This document shows positions 8,320 to 17,496 of a stretch of DNA of 62,542 nucleotides, in pieces (positions within the stretch are counted from its first letter, which is position 1; every line of letters begins with the position of its first letter). The notes under the pieces are model-generated. The model was not told the origin of the DNA and did not search any database. It worked only from the letters and a program-made list of their open reading frames with translations. The position numbers were made by a program, and so were the translations under genes. Source of the DNA: a virus (Duplodnaviria > Caudoviricetes); the IMG/VR virus record IMGVR_UViG_3300046643_000028, positions 1 through 62,542 of that record, one strand, 5' to 3'.

Positions 8320-10242
8320 TCACGACTTCGCCTTCCCATACCGTTGATGTACTCCCGACTCGCAATTGAGCGGGAGGCTTTGGCACCAGTCCAGCGGGGT
8401 CCGGAACCATCTCTCGGCTACCTCCTGCACACGTCCGGCGTACCACATGGGGGTAACGAATACGCCTTCATCATGCACGGAGTGTGCCCACTTGCACGGG
8501 GTGCCCTCTGCCTTTAATTCCTTCACTGCTCCTAAGCATTGGCTGAATACGATGATACGAGCCAAGCACTGGATGATGTTCTCGATAACCTTCGGACCAT
8601 AGAGCCGTTCACGCATCTTGCCGTTCCAGAACGACCACTCGCCGCGCGGCTTGCCCCACTGATCCTTGACGGGGTTGCCGTCTGCATCGAGTTCCGGTTC
8701 CCACTTCAGGTCCGGATAGAGAATTTTAAGTCCGTTGGGCATGATCAGTCCATCGGCGCACGTCTTCACGATGCCCCGATGATCGAGCGGCACACCCACG
8801 TCACCGTTGGCGATGACCTTGAGAATCTGCTCGCCCTTTCTCCACAGCTTCACCACTTGTGGGTGCGACTTTCTGTACACGTTGTGCACGACGTTCTTGC
8901 AGAACTCCGGCGAAAGTACAAGGGGTTTGCCGTCCTTGTCCTTGGCCTCGCGCCGCACCGAGATGCCGAACTGCCCTTCACCCATGCCGAACCCAAGCCC
9001 GAGCTTCGTACGCTTGCCCATCTGGCGTTTGTCATTGTCGTCGGGGCTTCGGTTCTTGACGACCGGCATTGAGTAAATCTTCTCGGCGATGAAGCAATAC
9101 ATATCGGGGCCGGTCTTGTTGTCCTGCTTCCGATAAACTTCCACCATGTCATCTTGGCCAGAAATCCAGTCCAGCAAGCGGGCCTCGATAGTCGATGAAT
9201 CGACCACAACGCATGCATAGCCAGATGGAGCTTTTGTCGCATTTCGTAAATCGCTCCCCCGCTTCATCGACTGCCAGTTGAATTTGTCACCGCCAGAGAG
9301 CCGGTGAGTGCCAGATGCCCCAGCGTATTTTAAGTAGACAGTTGCGGCACCGCGCGCCGCCATGTCCATAAGGCGCATAGCACCCTTCTCGGCGATCGTA
9401 GTTTTGTTCTTCAGCCGGGCCTCCACCAACACCTGAACTGCTTCGTCCGGATGTTCCTGAAGGGTCTGGATGCCAACATCCGTCTTTGCGAAAGCCCATG
9501 TGAGTTTGCCTGTGGTCTTGGATATTTTTCGTGGCGGGTTGATGCCGAGGTTCATCAAGCACTGCGCGAACTTCTCGTTGGACATCACCTCATCCACCTG
9601 CACGCCTGCCGAGAGCAGCAGGGATGTCTTCTCGGAATTGAGCCAGTCGGCGTATTTCTTGAGCAGCACGCTGTCCATCTCGAATACGGGTTCGGTGAAC
9701 ATGCGGATGATCTGGTCATGAATCTCATGCTCCGACTTCTGGAACTGCGGCACCATGCGCCGCATAAGCTCATAGGCAAGGTCCGTATCGTTGCATGAGT
9801 ATTCGCCGTACTTGGTAAGTTGCTGCGGGGTGAAGTCGGCGTATGCCTTGTCCTTCGCGTTGATTACCTCGGTGCCCTTCTGCCCGATGCCATAGCGCTC
9901 AGCGAGTTTGGCCAGAGCCAAGCGCCCGTTCGCTCCGTGCAGAGCGCGCGCCATGCCGAGGGTATCGAACCAGAACTTGGGGAACACTCCGTAGTGGTGC
10001 GCGAGAATGAGTCCGTCGAAGTGAGCATGGTGAGCGTATGCAGCGCGGGTAGCAGGCTTGACATCTTTCAATGCCCTCGGTATGTCGTCGCGCGGAACCC
10101 AGTAGGTGGGTTCCGCGTTGATCTTGATGGAGAGGAGGATCGACTCGAACCTTGGGTCACGGACGTATGCCTCCGTCGTGAGTTTCGACAAGGTGTAGTC
10201 GCTTCCATATTTCGTTTCAAAATCATAGCCGATCAGGTCCAT
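8320..10242 (-). CDS. Family A DNA polymerase with N-terminal 3'-5' exonuclease
   Basis: DFET and HAHFD (exo), DSSTIEARL (A), RQMGKRTKLGLGFG (B), VHDE (C). Confidence 0.92.
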   Translation of the reverse strand: MDLIGYDFETKYGSDYTLSKLTTEAYVRDPRFESILLSIKINAEPTYWVPRDDIPRALKDVKPATRAAYAHHAHFDGLILAHHYGVFPKFWFDTLGMARALHGANGRLALAKLAERYGIGQKGTEVINAKDKAYADFTPQQLTKYGEYSCNDTDLAYELMRRMVPQFQKSEHEIHDQIIRMFTEPVFEMDSVLLKKYADWLNSEKTSLLLSAGVQVDEVMSNEKFAQCLMNLGINPPRKISKTTGKLTWAFAKTDVGIQTLQEHPDEAVQVLVEARLKNKTTIAEKGAMRLMDMAARGAATVYLKYAGASGTHRLSGGDKFNWQSMKRGSDLRNATKAPSGYACVVVDSSTIEARLLDWISGQDDMVEVYRKQDNKTGPDMYCFIAEKIYSMPVVKNRSPDDNDKRQMGKRTKLGLGFGMGEGQFGISVRREAKDKDGKPLVLSPEFCKNVVHNVYRKSHPQVVKLWRKGEQILKVIANGDVGVPLDHRGIVKTCADGLIMPNGLKILYPDLKWEPELDADGNPVKDQWGKPRGEWSFWNGKMRERLYGPKVIENIIQCLARIIVFSQCLGAVKELKAEGTPCKWAHSVHDEGVFVTPMWYAGRVQEVAERWFRTPLDWCQSLPLNCESGVHQRYGKAKS

Positions 10243-10733
10243 TACAGGTTATTCCCCAGTTGTGCAGTCCACGATCCCGACAACGTGTACTGCGTTACAG
10301 CCACGCGTATCTGGTCCATGAAGTAAGACAGCGGCGGCATGGCAAGCCCGGGCGATACGATGGCTGGCAGCACCAGCATCGAGACGTTGTTCGACTGAAC
10401 GAGCGGGGCAGCGCGCGGCTGAAGCTGGTCAGCGGGGATTGCCTTGTCCTGCACCTTCGCCACATCCTTGCGAAACCGCCGAGCGTAGTCCTTATCGGTG
10501 AGCCGCGTGCTCGGGTCATACTGCAGCAGCGGCACGAAGTCATCGCCTGCGGCCTCGAACTCGCTGTGGATGATGTTGAGCAACACGTCCAGATCATCGA
10601 AGCTGATACGCGAACCATCGTACATATGGCACACGTACACGTCACCGATCTCGAATGCCATGATGTTAGACCAATGGTAGTCACTACCACCTGTCGCGTC
10701 GTAGGTCTGTTCGACGTATTCGGCGAGTTTCAT
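10242..10733 (-). CDS. Hypothetical protein
   Basis: Start MKLAEY; overlaps both neighbours at start/stop codons. Confidence 0.6.
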   Translation of the reverse strand: MKLAEYVEQTYDATGGSDYHWSNIMAFEIGDVYVCHMYDGSRISFDDLDVLLNIIHSEFEAAGDDFVPLLQYDPSTRLTDKDYARRFRKDVAKVQDKAIPADQLQPRAAPLVQSNNVSMLVLPAIVSPGLAMPPLSYFMDQIRVAVTQYTLSGSWTAQLGNNL

Positions 10734-10969
10734 TTCAGCGCCTCGGCGAAGTGTTTGATCAGGCGCATGGCTTCTGCGGGTTCGAAGTTCGTCACGTGCA
10801 GCGCCTTGTCGCCGCTGAAGACCAGCAGCACGAACGGCCACGGCTGGCCGGTCTCGGCTTGGAACGCTTGGTCGATGGCACCCGTCATGCCCGGCAGGCA
10901 GTCGAGCAGTTTCTTGATTTCGGTGGGCACGACGGAGGGATCGTCGCCGTTTGGTTTGGTTGAGTCCAT
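10730..10969 (-). CDS. Hypothetical protein
   Basis: AAGGA RBS before MDSTKPN. Confidence 0.6.
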   Translation of the reverse strand: MDSTKPNGDDPSVVPTEIKKLLDCLPGMTGAIDQAFQAETGQPWPFVLLVFSGDKALHVTNFEPAEAMRLIKHFAEALK

Positions 10970-11110
10970 GGTTGTTCCTTGTGGGGTGAATGCAACTATA
11001 CGCTCGTGACCGTAGTCCTTCAACGTAAAGATTGTGAACCCGGTACGATTTCCGGATGTAAGTCTGCCCGCATGGTAGCTGCGAGCATTCGTGTGGATAT
11101 ATCTTCCCAG

Positions 11111-11290
11111 CTACACGTTCCGAGTGGGCGTCTTCCCTTCGTCCGATTCGCTGCGCGTGCCCACGTTGATGTTGTGGTAATGCGCGATCTGCACGACACG
11201 TGACTCGGTGCGCTTGACGCGTTCGAGTACGGCGATCAGCAGACCTTCAATCTTTTCCAGCTTCAGTTCCAGTTCGGTTGCGTTTTTCAT
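11111..11290 (-). CDS. Small coiled-coil protein (59 aa, not in ORF track)
   Basis: MKNATELELKLEKIEGLLIAVLERVKRTE...; TAAGGAG RBS. Confidence 0.6.
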   Translation of the reverse strand: MKNATELELKLEKIEGLLIAVLERVKRTESRVVQIAHYHNINVGTRSESDEGKTPTRNV

Positions 11291-11347
11291 TTTCGAGACT
11301 CCTTAATAAATTGTAGGCTTGATGTAACTTCAACTCAGGTGGCTCTA

Positions 11348-11629
11348 TCAATCACCTGTGAACCCTCCACATGCAGAGGGGTCGATGTGCTGAAGAAGTT
11401 TGCGCATGTTCGTGTCGCTGATCTGCCACCACTCTAGAGGTGAGGCGGGCGACTGCCCATTCGCCATCACGACGCTGGCCATGTGGACTTTATTCCACTT
11501 CACATAGAACGTCTGCCTGCCGTTCGTTATCGCATTTACCGTCATGCTGCCCGTGCGCAATTTGCACGGCGTGAAGCCTTGGATAGCGAAGTGCGCGGCG
11601 ATGCCCTCAACGTCTTTTAACAGGCTCAT
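11348..11629 (-). CDS. Hypothetical protein, early paralog family
   Basis: 93 aa; AGGAG RBS. Confidence 0.6.
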   Translation of the reverse strand: MSLLKDVEGIAAHFAIQGFTPCKLRTGSMTVNAITNGRQTFYVKWNKVHMASVVMANGQSPASPLEWWQISDTNMRKLLQHIDPSACGGFTGD

Positions 11630-11984
11630 AACGCTCTCCTATGTCGTGTGGCCGAGGGTCCCCGGTCGTGGCATACCTCCACAGTCTCGCCAAGGACAGC
11701 AACGGCATATCGGGCCATTCCATTTTGCGGCCGGTGTGGGAAAGGGCGCCTTTAAGCACAAGTAGATCGGCGCGACGAATGGGATGCTTGGTGTTCGCGT
11801 TCTCCTGAACAAGTTCCTTTGTGTCTGGGTTGTACATGCCCCAGACCGTCAAGTTACGGTAGAAGTAAAGTGCCTCCCACCCATTGAGCATCAGGTGGGC
11901 CGTCATCATGTTGCGCTCGGCATCCTTGCGCTGTGCAAGGGAGGACTTAGGCCAGCAGTCCTCGGACGTTTCGATATCACTCAT
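11607..11984 (-). CDS. Hypothetical protein, early paralog family
   Basis: 125 aa in a tightly packed operon. Confidence 0.6.
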   Translation of the reverse strand: MSDIETSEDCWPKSSLAQRKDAERNMMTAHLMLNGWEALYFYRNLTVWGMYNPDTKELVQENANTKHPIRRADLLVLKGALSHTGRKMEWPDMPLLSLARLWRYATTGDPRPHDIGERYEPVKRR

Positions 11985-12345
11985 AGAAGTCCACCCATTT
12001 TTTCATGAGCCACAGACGGTAATAGACTGGAACCTGATCGGCACGAACCTCCTTACCTATTTGGTAATTCATGCGTGATCGTTTGAGTACGCTGCCTGTC
12101 GGGTCTACCTCAAGCCGATCGTTGTCCGGGCCACCACCGAGCGCATAGACACGCGCCCCATGGCCACCGTCTGGATCATTCAACGTGCTGTAGTTCGCAT
12201 ATTCAGTCATGTCATAGAACTGCCACCCCTGCAGAGCAAGCGTGACTTCATATCGCATGATGATTTCCCGGCCCTCGGCCGACGCGGCGAACTCCTCTGC
12301 AGTGGATAACGCCTTGGAGTGGGCTTTCTCTGCGCTCATCGCCAT
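11977..12345 (-). CDS. Hypothetical protein, early paralog family
   Basis: GAGG RBS before ATG at 12345. Confidence 0.6.
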   Translation of the reverse strand: MAMSAEKAHSKALSTAEEFAASAEGREIIMRYEVTLALQGWQFYDMTEYANYSTLNDPDGGHGARVYALGGGPDNDRLEVDPTGSVLKRSRMNYQIGKEVRADQVPVYYRLWLMKKWVDFYE

Positions 12346-12349
12346 GACC

Positions 12350-13489
12350 TCACTCCGAAAGGACGATCCACTCACCAAAGCTCGGTGGCGTGTGCCCGGC
12401 CACATCTGCCCATACCACAGGGTAGTGGGGTTCGTCAGGCGCACCATCGCTGTTCTCCATGTCGGTCACGACGATAAGCAACTCGGGGTTCAAGTCTTCC
12501 TTTTCAATGCAGTCGAAGATCGGCTGGAACCGGGTACCGCCGCCACCCACAGGCTTGAGCGTCAAGTCCACTTCGCCTGCCTCGAACGTCTGCATCTTTT
12601 CCGGATAACACTGAGCATCGAAGTACACAACCTTGATGCTCTCCGGCTTCGCGTCGCTCATGATAGCGTTGATGTGAGAGGCGAACTGGCACTGCGTCTG
12701 CGCGTTCCAGCATGAGCCGGACGTGTCCATGAAGATCACCACAGGACCCAGCGCTTCGCTCTGGTGCATCGGCGAAAACGTGCCGTGTGACCGTAGTGTC
12801 CGACGATTCAGGCGGCGCCAGTCATACTGCGAATCGCGCAACGCCTGCATGTACCGGGCCAAGTGGTTATACCAAGGCTCGCCCACTGCCTTGTACGAGA
12901 GCGCTACGTTGTCCTCGATACCCTGCGGCAGATCACCGCGTGCCTTGGCGTTCTGGATCGCACGGTCGACAGTCGCTTGGATGTCGGCCTCCTGTGCCTC
13001 CTGTTCTTCAGGCGTGCCCTCGGGCTGCTCGATGTCCTGACGATGCTCGGGCATCGCGGGCGGCTGCTCCTGTTTCTTCAGGTCGGTGTAGATGTTCTCA
13101 GCCAACCATCCGGCGTACTGCGGCGCACGAAGCCAGTCAGGCTGCAGCACGTGGCCCTGCGCCACCATCATCTCGTTGATCGCATAGTCACATGCGACGT
13201 TCCACATCTTCGGGTCACGATGCCCGCGACGCGACGGATGAATCAGCATCTTGTGGCTCAGTTCATGAACCAACTCGTTCACCTGATCGTCGACCTTCAG
13301 TTTGCTGAAGAAATCAACGTTGATCCACATGCGACGGCCATCGGTGGCCTCGGTCTTCACGTGGTCATAGTACGGGTGATTCTTGTCGACCTCGACGATC
13401 TCCATCGAGTAGAACAACTCAGCCCAGAACGCATACTTGATGGTGAGCTTTACTGCTGCCTTTTCGGCGATGTGAGAAACGCGTGCCAT
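12350..13489 (-). CDS. Metallopeptidase-like plus vWA domain protein (DUF2201-type)
   Basis: ATDG...LVHELSH (HExxH), WNVACDYAIN, MIDAS DTSGS, GGGGTRF, VTD. Confidence 0.85.
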   Translation of the reverse strand: MARVSHIAEKAAVKLTIKYAFWAELFYSMEIVEVDKNHPYYDHVKTEATDGRRMWINVDFFSKLKVDDQVNELVHELSHKMLIHPSRRGHRDPKMWNVACDYAINEMMVAQGHVLQPDWLRAPQYAGWLAENIYTDLKKQEQPPAMPEHRQDIEQPEGTPEEQEAQEADIQATVDRAIQNAKARGDLPQGIEDNVALSYKAVGEPWYNHLARYMQALRDSQYDWRRLNRRTLRSHGTFSPMHQSEALGPVVIFMDTSGSCWNAQTQCQFASHINAIMSDAKPESIKVVYFDAQCYPEKMQTFEAGEVDLTLKPVGGGGTRFQPIFDCIEKEDLNPELLIVVTDMENSDGAPDEPHYPVVWADVAGHTPPSFGEWIVLSE

Positions 13490-13509
13490 ATCAACTCCTT
13501 AATGAATGG

Positions 13510-13536
13510 GACAGATGGTACTTGATACCACCTGTC
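13510..13536. promoter_or_regulatory. 27-bp palindrome, copy 1
   Basis: GACAGATGGTA-CTTGA-TACCACCTGTC. Confidence 0.8.
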
Positions 13537-13554
13537 GCTGGTGTGGCGATGAGC

Positions 13555-14691
13555 TTACTTGCCCACGATCAGGCTGTTCAACTCCGGCTGCACGATCCAC
13601 TGGATGTAGCCGTCACCATTGGCCGGGTTGTAGCCCTGCTTGCCACGCGATGACATCTGACGCAGCACGACGGCTTGGAACTCCAGCGGCATGCGCTGCG
13701 TGTAGATACGGATCGACTTGAAGTCGGACATGTCCGGCTTGGCTTTCATCGCAAGCAACATCGCCATCATGTAAATCTCGTCCGTCTTGGTCGGCAGCGG
13801 GGCGCCGGACGGGTCCTTAACGATGTCGTCATACGATGTCAGCTTCGACAGGATCGTCTTGTGTGCGTCGTACTGCATCGCCACGCCCATGCCGAGATTG
13901 CCGATCAACTCGTCGCGCGTCACGACGTTGGCTTTGGTCGTCGTGCTCAGCGTATCGGCCGCGAACTCTTTCTTCGACACACGTTCCCACGAACGCATGT
14001 TGGCCCAGATGCCCCGCTTGGCTTCCTCGGAGGTGGCCGCCGCGAGCTTCTGGTTCGGCGTCGTGCTTGCCGCGTTACCCGTGCTGAATACTTCATCGTA
14101 GTTGTCGATGAGTGACGGGTGATCCTTGAAGAACGTCGTCACGTTCGGATGCCAGTTGTTCGCCAGTGCATACGCGAGGTTGTCATTGGCATCGCTGTAC
14201 ACATCGATCTGCTCGAAGCGCGACATGAACGCGCGACCTTGCTGCTGCACCGACGACTTGTCTTCGAGCCGATTGCCGTCAGCGATCACGATCACACCAT
14301 CGGGCTTGCGCAGCACGCCAGACATGTCTTCACCGTTGACATACTTCTGCAGCAGCTTGGCGGTAGCCGGGTCAGCGTTGGGCAGTTCGCCGAGGAACAG
14401 CACGCCTTTGGCATCCGGCGTCATGTACGCATTGGGCAGCGCCGCATTGTTATAGAGCGTCAGCATGCCGGTCTCGTAGTTCGGAGCGGATGCTTGGATA
14501 TCCATCGGTGACATCGTGGGCACATAGAACTTCCACGATTCGAACTCGGGCATCCGGGCTTTCATCTTGTCGCAAAACGCCTCGATCACAGTCGTCTTGC
14601 CCAGAGCAGGCTTGCCCGACATGAACGTGTTGACACCTGCGATGTAGTTGCGAACCAGAACTTCACCGACGTTTTTAAGTTTCGTTGCCAT
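13555..14691 (-). CDS. MoxR-like AAA+ ATPase
   Basis: Walker A GKPALGKT, variant Walker B LFLGE, ADGNR sensor, SRF arginine finger; adjacent to vWA gene. Confidence 0.8.
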   Translation of the reverse strand: MATKLKNVGEVLVRNYIAGVNTFMSGKPALGKTTVIEAFCDKMKARMPEFESWKFYVPTMSPMDIQASAPNYETGMLTLYNNAALPNAYMTPDAKGVLFLGELPNADPATAKLLQKYVNGEDMSGVLRKPDGVIVIADGNRLEDKSSVQQQGRAFMSRFEQIDVYSDANDNLAYALANNWHPNVTTFFKDHPSLIDNYDEVFSTGNAASTTPNQKLAAATSEEAKRGIWANMRSWERVSKKEFAADTLSTTTKANVVTRDELIGNLGMGVAMQYDAHKTILSKLTSYDDIVKDPSGAPLPTKTDEIYMMAMLLAMKAKPDMSDFKSIRIYTQRMPLEFQAVVLRQMSSRGKQGYNPANGDGYIQWIVQPELNSLIVGK

Positions 14692-14748
14692 GATAGATAC
14701 ACCTCAATAAAATGAATGGGTTTGTACTGCGATACGACAGGATTGATA

Positions 14749-15084
14749 TTACTTAGAGTACCGCGATAGGTCTACAGCTTGTATCGATTGCCCTTGATGC
14801 CATGCCACCGCTTCCATGAATTGCGCGAACGTACTTATGTCCATCGTCTCCAGCATGGAGTCAGGGATCATCGTCACGTCGTGCAAATCCGTACGATCAT
14901 CAAAAACTGTGAACTGGTAGTCGTGGATATACTTCCACTGCCAACCAAGCTGCGGTCTGGCCCACGCCTGCATCGTGGCGCCCCCGGAGTGCCGCGCTAC
15001 AATAGCGTAGCCGTCTGGCATGGTCACTACCTGCGCGCCCATGAGCATCAGCATGGCACGTATGGCAGCATGGTTCATAGCCAT
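14749..15084 (-). CDS. Hypothetical protein, early paralog family
   Basis: 111 aa; start may be 15078. Confidence 0.6.
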   Translation of the reverse strand: MAMNHAAIRAMLMLMGAQVVTMPDGYAIVARHSGGATMQAWARPQLGWQWKYIHDYQFTVFDDRTDLHDVTMIPDSMLETMDISTFAQFMEAVAWHQGQSIQAVDLSRYSK

Positions 15085-15380
15085 TTCCCCGCGTTTGTGT
15101 TGTTTATGAACGAGGTGATCTGCTCATCCCACAAACCTTTCATGAGATGGTCCGGTACCTCACTAACGTCTCGCTTACGCAGAATCATGGTGCCCGAATC
15201 TGGGTCGGCATACGCACGCAGCCGCCATGCACGGCCTGCTGTGTTTATGCCGTAGATGTTTGTACTCAACACGCAGCCCCATACGTAGGGCACCATGATT
15301 ATCCAGTCGCCGCGATTGCGCTTCACAGCCACCGCGCCATGCAGCGAGAGGATCGCCTGCTTGGCCGCGACCGGAGTCAT
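15075..15380 (-). CDS. Hypothetical protein, early paralog family
   Basis: 101 aa; ATGA overlap with upstream gene. Confidence 0.6.
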   Translation of the reverse strand: MTPVAAKQAILSLHGAVAVKRNRGDWIIMVPYVWGCVLSTNIYGINTAGRAWRLRAYADPDSGTMILRKRDVSEVPDHLMKGLWDEQITSFINNTNAGKWL

Positions 15381-16375
15381 TCATCATCCCCGAACATGCC
15401 TGCGAGCGACGCCGGATCGAAGCCAGACGGCGGGGCTTTAACGACTATCGCCGGTTCATCGTGTGGCTCCGTGATTGTAGTCTTTACCGCTGCAGGCTTG
15501 GGGATCGCCGGGGCAGTGGCATCGTTGAACGCGTCGAGCACGGCCTGTGCATCGTTGATAGCCGCCGTACGCACACCTTCGTCCTTGCGCAGATCAGCCA
15601 AGTCATAGACCAGCAAGTCCTTGGCCTTATCGCACAACATGGTCAGCCGCACATCGTTCGTCAGGTTCAGCGCGGGTAGCACATCGATCACCCCTTCGAG
15701 GTTCGACTTGAGCGTGTCGTTGAACTTGCGGATTTCCTTGTTGCCATACTGCGTGAGCGTCGATGCATACTTCTGCACCACGCCAAACAGACGATCCAGA
15801 ACATCGGCCATGGCGGCAGCGATACGGGCCTCAGTGCTGTTCGATGCAGCCGCGACCAACCTATCCACCTCGGACTGCTCGATGCCCTCCACGACCCGCA
15901 GATCGTCTGCGTTGGGCAGCGGCATGCAGTCCAGTGCGAACCGATACTTCGAGCGCACTGCCTCGGCGACCGGGTAATCGGTGTAGTCAAACATCGACCC
16001 GAGTTGGAACTGAGCCTTGGCCATGGCAGACGGGTACGCGCTCACGAATTCATCGACCAGTGCATCCATCGCCTGCATCTTCTCGCCTGCGGCAGACATG
16101 AAGTCCATGTGGCCCTTCACACTGCCCACGCGCCAGCCTGAATCATCCCATGGCGACGTGGTGTCATACACCCAGTTGCGAAAGGCAGTTGCAGCTTTGG
16201 CGATAGCGTCCAGTTCGGCGCAGTCCGGAAGCAGTTGCTTGTTCACGTTCGCCGCGCCGTCATTGGCACCAGCGTTCGCGTTGACTTTCTGAGACTCGCT
16301 CTTGTCTTTCTTGCGCGCCGTCCAGATGGACAGGGAAGGTTTGTAGAGCAGCGTGGTGTTGCGGATGTTCGACAT
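15377..16375 (-). CDS. DUF3150-like alpha-helical protein
   Basis: SIWTARKKDK...NKQL...TSPWDDSGWR...LGSMFDYTDYP...LPALNLTND; context next to AAA/vWA genes; family from recall. Confidence 0.6.
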   Translation of the reverse strand: MSNIRNTTLLYKPSLSIWTARKKDKSESQKVNANAGANDGAANVNKQLLPDCAELDAIAKAATAFRNWVYDTTSPWDDSGWRVGSVKGHMDFMSAAGEKMQAMDALVDEFVSAYPSAMAKAQFQLGSMFDYTDYPVAEAVRSKYRFALDCMPLPNADDLRVVEGIEQSEVDRLVAAASNSTEARIAAAMADVLDRLFGVVQKYASTLTQYGNKEIRKFNDTLKSNLEGVIDVLPALNLTNDVRLTMLCDKAKDLLVYDLADLRKDEGVRTAAINDAQAVLDAFNDATAPAIPKPAAVKTTITEPHDEPAIVVKAPPSGFDPASLAGMFGDDE

Positions 16376-16410
16376 GATGATCCTTAATGAATGTTGAGCC
16401 GGTTGTTTAA

Positions 16411-16437
16411 GACATTCGGTACCCACTACCGAATGTC
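16411..16437. promoter_or_regulatory. 27-bp palindrome, copy 2 (perfect arms)
   Basis: GACATTCGGTA-CCCAC-TACCGAATGTC. Confidence 0.8.
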
Positions 16438-16469
16438 CTTGGGGTTGTGAAGTGCCTGTACCACAACTT

Positions 16470-16826
16470 CTATTGTCCTTTATATGCCGCGATCAGTCTA
16501 TGCGCGTCCCAGCGGTCAGCCTCCGTGATTGGCTGGGATGCACACCCGACACAGATTCGCATGTACTTCGGGAAGCCAAAGGTCGGTGCCTGCCTACTTC
16601 TTATCTGGGCAGTAATCAACCCTGTATTCAGATACGCATCTCCTTTGTTGATCATGGTCGTGCAGCGCAGTGCGCCCATCGCCGTGCGCGGACGGCACTC
16701 GCACTGGAATGGCTTCGCGCATTTGCTGTAGCGCGCACCTGACATGGCGCCATTGTGCGGGTTGACTTTTACCGGGAACCGCAGCAGGAACCACTGTCCC
16801 CGCGTCATGTATTTTACTTCCTCCAT
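16470..16826 (-). CDS. Cys-rich (Zn-finger-like) hypothetical protein
   Basis: K.F.CEC...C...I.KGD.Y...CVGC. Confidence 0.55.
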   Translation of the reverse strand: MEEVKYMTRGQWFLLRFPVKVNPHNGAMSGARYSKCAKPFQCECRPRTAMGALRCTTMINKGDAYLNTGLITAQIRSRQAPTFGFPKYMRICVGCASQPITEADRWDAHRLIAAYKGQ

Positions 16827-17332
16827 GGCTCCCTCTTTTTCTGCAGGAATGCTTCGAGGGTATCGTCAGATTCCGTTGCGGCGGGGCTGTGCTGCTCTAA
16901 CTCATCCGGGATCAACTCTGCCCACGGCCTGCCTCCACCGTACGCCACGGCCAATGTCCTTGCCTTGGTGTCGCGCCATTGGCGCTCGGTCATTCTCCTT
17001 GAGGCTTCCACCTCTCTATCCTGCCTTTCTTTGATGTACTCCATCTGCCGCCGCTGATATTCTTCGGCGTCACGCACAGCCTTGGTCGGGCTATACGAGT
17101 GGATGATCGCAAACTTCACGCCGCTGGCTGCGTTCCAGTTCGGAGCGTCACGGTTGTCGTTGTATAGCCATACGTTGCGACGCGTGAGTTTGGCGATCGT
17201 GACCGTAGTCTGTGCGACCGCAGCGTGTGTCAGCGCAGCAGCACACGGAACGATGGTGACTTCGCACTCACGTGCACTCTCGGCACTAACTGACGGCGCA
17301 ACGTTGTGGTTAGAATACGCTGTGATCTTCAT
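16814..17332 (-). CDS. Hypothetical protein
   Basis: AAGGAG RBS before MKITAY. Confidence 0.6.
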   Translation of the reverse strand: MKITAYSNHNVAPSVSAESARECEVTIVPCAAALTHAAVAQTTVTIAKLTRRNVWLYNDNRDAPNWNAASGVKFAIIHSYSPTKAVRDAEEYQRRQMEYIKERQDREVEASRRMTERQWRDTKARTLAVAYGGGRPWAELIPDELEQHSPAATESDDTLEAFLQKKREPWRK

Positions 17333-17496
17333 CGGTATATCTCCTTGCATACACCAAGCATCCACATGTGAGGGGTAGCCATGTGGTCACGGCACACGAC
17401 AAAGGCAGACTCATGGTCCTGAGCCTTTACGTTGGTGAACGTGACGCACATGCCATGGCTGATTACCGAGTCGAGGGTGACGGTGTAGGTATTCAC
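17329..17496 (-). CDS. Small hypothetical protein (55 aa, not in ORF track)
   Basis: GTG start overlapping upstream stop; stop overlaps next ATG. Confidence 0.5.
   Translation of the reverse strand: MNTYTVTLDSVISHGMCVTFTNVKAQDHESAFVVCRDHMATPHMWMLGVCKEIYR

Noticed and set aside
14717-14742. Ninth palindrome copy upstream of the AAA gene
   Set aside because: Only GTA...TAC is retained, with the wrong spacer and no GACA/TGTC boxes
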